The notes under the pieces were generated by a model. It saw only the letters and a list, made by a program, of their open reading frames with translations, did not search any database and was not told the origin of the DNA. Positions 32,705 to 37,336 of a stretch of DNA of 37,336 nt are shown here, one piece after another. Positions within the stretch are counted from its first letter, which is position 1; the number at the start of each line of letters is the position of its first letter. The position numbers and the translations under genes are program-made. Origin of the DNA: Octopus sinensis (lineage: Eukaryota); NCBI RefSeq assembly GCF_006345805.1, contig NW_021835846.1, positions 1 through 37,336 on the forward strand. Direction: 5' to 3'.

Positions 32705-34120
32705 TTGGCTGAAAATGATGGTCCTACCAATAGTCAGCTCAACGAACAGTTGCTGTTGCTCAAACAAGAGGTTGAGCACCTAAAGTCTGTTGTTGCTCTC
32801 TTACTGAATAAACAGTCTCCTGTTGACGCAGAGTCACCCTTGATTTCTTCCCTGGAGACGTCCAAACCGAAGGGAACAAAATCGAGGCGGCCAAAGAAGG
32901 CGAAGGAACCGGCGGTCGTTTCTGCACATGATCGTTCCCGTGCGGATTCTTCCTCATCTGCCTTTTCGGTCCCGGAGGTTCCCCAACCTAATTTGAGGAG
33001 CGTAGACTCAAACCCACCTGAAGACCGTTGTTCTCCCCAAAAGAAGAAACGTCGTCAAAACTCCAGTGGGGCGGATTTAGCTATGAAACCTGACCACAAT
33101 AAACGGTCTCCTGTTGACGCAGAGTCACCCTTGATTTCTTCCCTGGAGACGTCCAAACCGAAGGGAACAAAATCGAAGCGGCCAAAGAAGGCGAAGGAAC
33201 CGGCGGTCGTTCCTGCACATGATCGTTCCTGTGCGGATTCTTCCTCATCTGCCTTTTCGGTCCCGGAGGTTCCCCAACCTAGTTCGAGGAGCGTAGACTC
33301 AAACCCACCTGAAGACCGTTGTTCTCCCCAAAAGAAGAAACGTAGTCAAAACTCCAGAGGGGCAGATTTGGCTATGAAACCTGATCACGATAAAATCTGT
33401 TTGGATTCTCCTTCACTTGTCCATCCCATTAATGCCATTGCTCAACCAATTCTGAACGATCTCGATGTGGGTTCATCTGGGGAGTGGTGCTCCCCCAAAC
33501 CGAAGAAGAGGCAGTGCAGTTCCAAACCAGGCGGGAAAATTATGACCACTAAATCCATTCCGATCGACCCCACAGGCCGACATAAGTCCGATGGCTATGA
33601 AACCACCCTTTCGAAATCCTCCAATGAAGAATCGAATACCGCAGCTCATAGTAGAGAACTTTTTGCCCACTCAAGATCGGCAATAATATATGGCAAAGCT
33701 GAATCCACCTGTGATACAGGCATAAACCGCCTAAAAGATGACATTAATTTTGTTTCCATTTTGGTTGGAAAATTGTTCTCTGTGAATGAAAATGTCAGTG
33801 TTCTTAAGGTCGCTCGGCTAGGAAGATTCCAAGCGAACCCAACCGCAGATACTAGACCACGCCCAATAAGGGTAATCTTTTCTTCTGATCGGGAGGCTTC
33901 AGTCTTTCTGAACAGAGCTCAGACGCATGCCTGGGAGGACCCCAATATGGGTTTTCGCGAGGAATACTCACTAAGAGAGAGAATTCGCCGGAGGAACCTG
34001 ATATCCGAGCTAAAGATGAGGAAACAAATGGGAGAGAAGGGTTTACGAATCCAAGATGGACAGATAATCAAGTCCTACCTCTGGTCCCATGCTGTAGTGC
34101 TGACAGGGAAAGTGATGTGA
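32705..34120 (+). CDS. LINE ORF1 protein (coiled-coil N-terminus, duplicated disordered S/P/K-rich module, RRM-like C-terminus)
   Basis: Intact 471-aa ORF upstream of ORF2. The C-terminus SAIIYG..E..D..RLG..RPRPIRVIF..FREEYSLRER is typical of CR1/L2-type ORF1. The annotated start is TTG. Confidence 0.8.
   Translation: MAENDGPTNSQLNEQLLLLKQEVEHLKSVVALLLNKQSPVDAESPLISSLETSKPKGTKSRRPKKAKEPAVVSAHDRSRADSSSSAFSVPEVPQPNLRSVDSNPPEDRCSPQKKKRRQNSSGADLAMKPDHNKRSPVDAESPLISSLETSKPKGTKSKRPKKAKEPAVVPAHDRSCADSSSSAFSVPEVPQPSSRSVDSNPPEDRCSPQKKKRSQNSRGADLAMKPDHDKICLDSPSLVHPINAIAQPILNDLDVGSSGEWCSPKPKKRQCSSKPGGKIMTTKSIPIDPTGRHKSDGYETTLSKSSNEESNTAAHSRELFAHSRSAIIYGKAESTCDTGINRLKDDINFVSILVGKLFSVNENVSVLKVARLGRFQANPTADTRPRPIRVIFSSDREASVFLNRAQTHAWEDPNMGFREEYSLRERIRRRNLISELKMRKQMGEKGLRIQDGQIIKSYLWSHAVVLTGKVM
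32807..33388 (+). repeat. In-frame 291-bp (97-aa) tandem duplication within ORF1
   Basis: Copies at 32807-33097 and 33098-33388 (SPVDAESPLISSLETSKPKGTKS...ADLAMKPDH twice), with a few substitutions. Confidence 0.95.
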
Positions 34121-37003
34121 GGGCAAATCGAAGTGAAGTTGATACCCCCGTCAACGATGCTATCTCTGATGCCCTTTATTCTGCTTGTTCCCCAATTCCC
34201 GCCCCTCAGACTTCACAGCTCAGCATCGTCTACACCAACTCGTGCTCCTTATTCCCAAAGTTCAGTGAACTATTTACACTGGCCCTACGCGACTCCCCTG
34301 ATGTGATAGCTATCACCGAGACTTGGCTGACTCCAGCAGTAAAGGACTCAGAGATCCACCTGCAGGGCTACGTCCTTTTCAGATGTGACAGGAAAAAGGC
34401 GAGGTGGAGGTGTTGCTGTGTATGTTAAGTCTGAGCACCAACCGTCCTGCGGTATTCTACCCACAAATGCTCAACCTACAACCAAATTCGATGCCGTCTA
34501 TTGCAAGCTGAGCCTATCTGAGTTTTGCCTGCCCGTGTTGGCTGTCTACAGGCCGCCTCTAGCCGACCCCCAGGACGATGCTCATCTACTCGAAGCGATA
34601 AGATTCGTTTCAGCTTCGCATGACTGCTTGGTACTAGGCGACTTCAACGCTCCCACGATCGATTGGCCCACATCAATTTGTACAACATCTTCCCGGTTCG
34701 GCCAGGCCCTTCTTGACGTGGCTGAAGATTGTTTTCTCTCGCAACATGTTGAATATACGACAAGGCATCGGTCTGGGCAGCAGCCATCTATGCTAGATCT
34801 GGTATTCTCCCGCTATCCAAGATCAGTGTCAGACGTATCTGTGTGCGCCCCTCTTGCCAAGAGTGATCATGCGGTCCTGAAGTTCGTCATGCACACTACT
34901 TTTTCCACGCCCACGATTACTTCGCTGCCACGTAGAGTCTTCTCTGCAATTAATCTTGAAATTCTAACCGAGGCTTCCGCGCTTCTGGACTGGCGTTCCC
35001 TGATGACGTTGTCCTCAGTTGACGAACTATGGTCATCCCTCAAAGCATATGTAATCTGTTTGACTGACCAGGCAGTTCCCGTTGGACTTCCCAAGAGGAA
35101 GAAACACAAGCCCTGGGTGACGAAGAAGGTTAAACGAGAACGTCGACTCAGAGATATTGCTTGGGCTGAATTCAAAAACCTGGATTCGACTGCAGCTTTT
35201 GAGGTGTACAAAACTCAACGAGACCGAGCCGTGAAAATTGAAAAGAAAGAACGCTTCAGTTACGAATACAAAATTGCGGCAAATGCCAGTAGCAATCCAA
35301 AAACCTTCTTTGCCCATGTCCAGCGGAATTCCTGCATGAACAACCAGATTGCAACGTTGGTAGACTCAACAGGCGTATCGATTGAGGACCCTTATCAACA
35401 GAGTCAATTATTTGCCGAGGCTTTTTCAACTATTTTCAAACAAGATGATGGTCGTGAACCCCCTCCATTTGATAGATCGGTACCTCCAATGCTCCGATTG
35501 ATCATCACGCGGGACCAAGTCAGACGTGTTATTCAAGGCCTCGATGTCAACAAGGGTCACGGCCCTGACGGCATACACCCACGGGTTATCAAAGCGTTGG
35601 CTCCGGTCATCTGCGAGCCCTTAACACGACTATTCAATATGTCATTGGCGACGGGTGTTATACCTGCAGACTGGAGAACAGCGATAATCTGCTCAATTTT
35701 CAAGAAAGGGAGCCGCGAAGACCCGCTAAACTACCGACCGGTTTCCCTTACATCAATAATCAGCAAGATGTTCGAAACCATCCTTAAGAAAAGTATGATG
35801 CTCCACCTCCTAAACACAGCCTCGATCACTGATTCCCAACACGGCTTCGTGCCGAAGAGATCATGCTTGACCAACTTACTAGTAATGGAAGAATTGGTGA
35901 CGCGCATCCTCGATGATAGTGATGCTGTTGACATCGTTTTATTGGACTTTGCCAAAGCTTTTGACTCGGTAAACCACCGCCTACTACTTGTCAAGCTTCA
36001 AGCATATAGTTTCCATCCGGATATTGTACGATGGGTTGGTGCCTTCCTCTCAGATCGCTCCTTCCAAGTTCAAGTTAATGGTTCGCGGTCCGACGTCTCC
36101 AGTGCGAGCAGTGGCGTGCCTCAAGGTTCAGTGCTTGGGCCCTTGTTGTTCTTAGTCTTCATAAATGACTTGCCCGACGACCTCACGCAACACACCCTTC
36201 TATTTGCCGACGATATCAAACTGGTCGCTCCTCGCGGTAGTATAGAGGATCTTCGTCGATGCCTCCACCAAATTTGGAAGTGGTCTAACGATTGGGACCT
36301 GTGTCTGAACGTGTCAAAGTGCTGTCATCTGCCTGTCGGCTCTACTCCTGCAACTCAACTTGATTTCGAGCCGGGTCGTCTGCTGCTGGAGAGGACCGAT
36401 CAGGTAAAGGACCTGGGTATCTTGGTGGATTCCTCCTTTTCGCCTTCGGCCTAGTGCGTCCATGCTGCCAACAAAGCGCGCGGAATTCTGTTTTTGATTC
36501 GACGGTCATTCGGAATGCTCACAGCAGCCATATTCCTGCCACTCTATGTCACGCTGGTGAGACCCATATTGGAGTATGGGATTCAAGCCTCTTCTCCTTA
36601 TCTCCTCAAAGACATACAGCACCTCGAAAGAGTCCAGAGGCTGGCTACCCGCATGGTTCATGGTCTCAAATGTTTGTCCTACGAAGAAAGGCTGAGGACG
36701 CTCGACCTTTATTCTCTTGAAAAACGCCGCCGCCGTGGTGATCTCATTCTCGCCCACAACATCATAAGCGGGAAGTGTAACCTCTCGAAAGAGCTGTTCT
36801 TCACTCCTGCTCCGGAGCGTCGGCTGCGGGGTCATTCCGGAAAGCTCTACCTGCGACGATTTCATCTCAATCGAAGGAGAGGAGCTTTCTCCGTCCGGGT
36901 TGCGGATCCGTGGAACAAGCTGCCAGACGAGATGGTGAAGATGCCGACGACCGCTTTGTTCAAAGCCTCCCTGGACCTCAAGTGGCCTGAACTCTTTACA
37001 TGA
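34117..37003 (+). pseudogene. LINE ORF2 (APE endonuclease plus reverse transcriptase) with one frameshift and one nonsense codon
   Basis: IVYTN..DVIAITETWL, RGGGVAVYV, VYRPP, LGDFN, LDLVF, SDH, GPDGI, YRPVSLTS, QHGF, LDFAKAFDSV, SGVPQGSVLGPLLF, FADD (36203-36214). Frameshift near 34390 (A5 run). TAG at 36452-36454 is in frame with the 36494-37003 ORF (PSA*CVHAANKA). Confidence 0.93.
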
Positions 37004-37336
37004 ACACCACCCTGTACTTAACTCCATGTCCCCCTACATGGCCTTGCTATTTGCTTTTGAGCCAAATTAACTAACTAACTAACTAACTAACTAACTTGAT
37101 TGGGAAATCCCATAAGGAATCGGTATATCGCTTTTTTTTTTCCACATAGAAAATTACGATAAATAGATCATTACATAAACAACAATATTTACATAAGGAG
37201 AATATTATTACTCCTAAGGCTTATACAATATTAAAAATTAACAATTTGAAGATCTTAAAAGATACATACATTCTTGGCGAGTTTTAAACAATGAACTAAT
37301 TTTGAATCACAAACGACTTATACAGCGTTTAAAAGA

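Larger units (their letters stand above)
32600..37097 (+). mobile_element. Near-full-length, young CR1-like non-LTR retrotransposon with (TAAC)n tail
   Basis: Short 5' UTR, ORF1, ORF2 (APE plus RT), 3' UTR and (TAAC)n at about 37068-37097. The 5' boundary is approximate and no TSD was found. Confidence 0.93.

Noticed and set aside
34867-36027. Antisense ORFs over LINE RT regions (also 13471-13920, 36506-37027)
   Set aside because: Shadow ORFs opposite the coding strands of retrotransposons, with no independent motifs.

Overview
AT-rich eukaryotic DNA made almost entirely of nested transposable elements and (TA)n microsatellites. The repeat types suggest a cephalopod (Octopus-like) genome; this is inferred from repeat motifs I recognise, not from a database search. 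The window holds a 3' Tx1/L1 LINE fragment, two mariner remnants, a probable ancient hAT remnant, several RTE-clade LINE copies and 3' tails, and three CR1-like LINE copies. One CR1-like copy is nearly full length (about 32.6-37.1 kb). There are also several Penelope-like element (PLE, GIY-YIG) remnants and one plausible 58-nt host exon (18602-18659). The main signal the ORF track does not explain is a set of minimal type-I hammerhead ribozyme (HHR) motifs from four sequence-unrelated elements: 2535-2578(-), 10227-10322(-)/12835-12930(+), 19336-19374(-) and 19785-19847(-). All four have a GUA cleavage triplet and a palindromic stem III, lie in a fold-back (inverted-duplication) structure, and have a 3' end that runs into (TA)n. 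One has a compensatory U3:A8 core instead of C3:G8. One sits in a non-coding 565-nt unit with a 40-nt terminal direct repeat, resembling a retrozyme. Two further decayed HHR-like motifs lie next to PLE remnants. PLE-associated minimal HHRs are known in animals; whether these particular families are described could not be checked.
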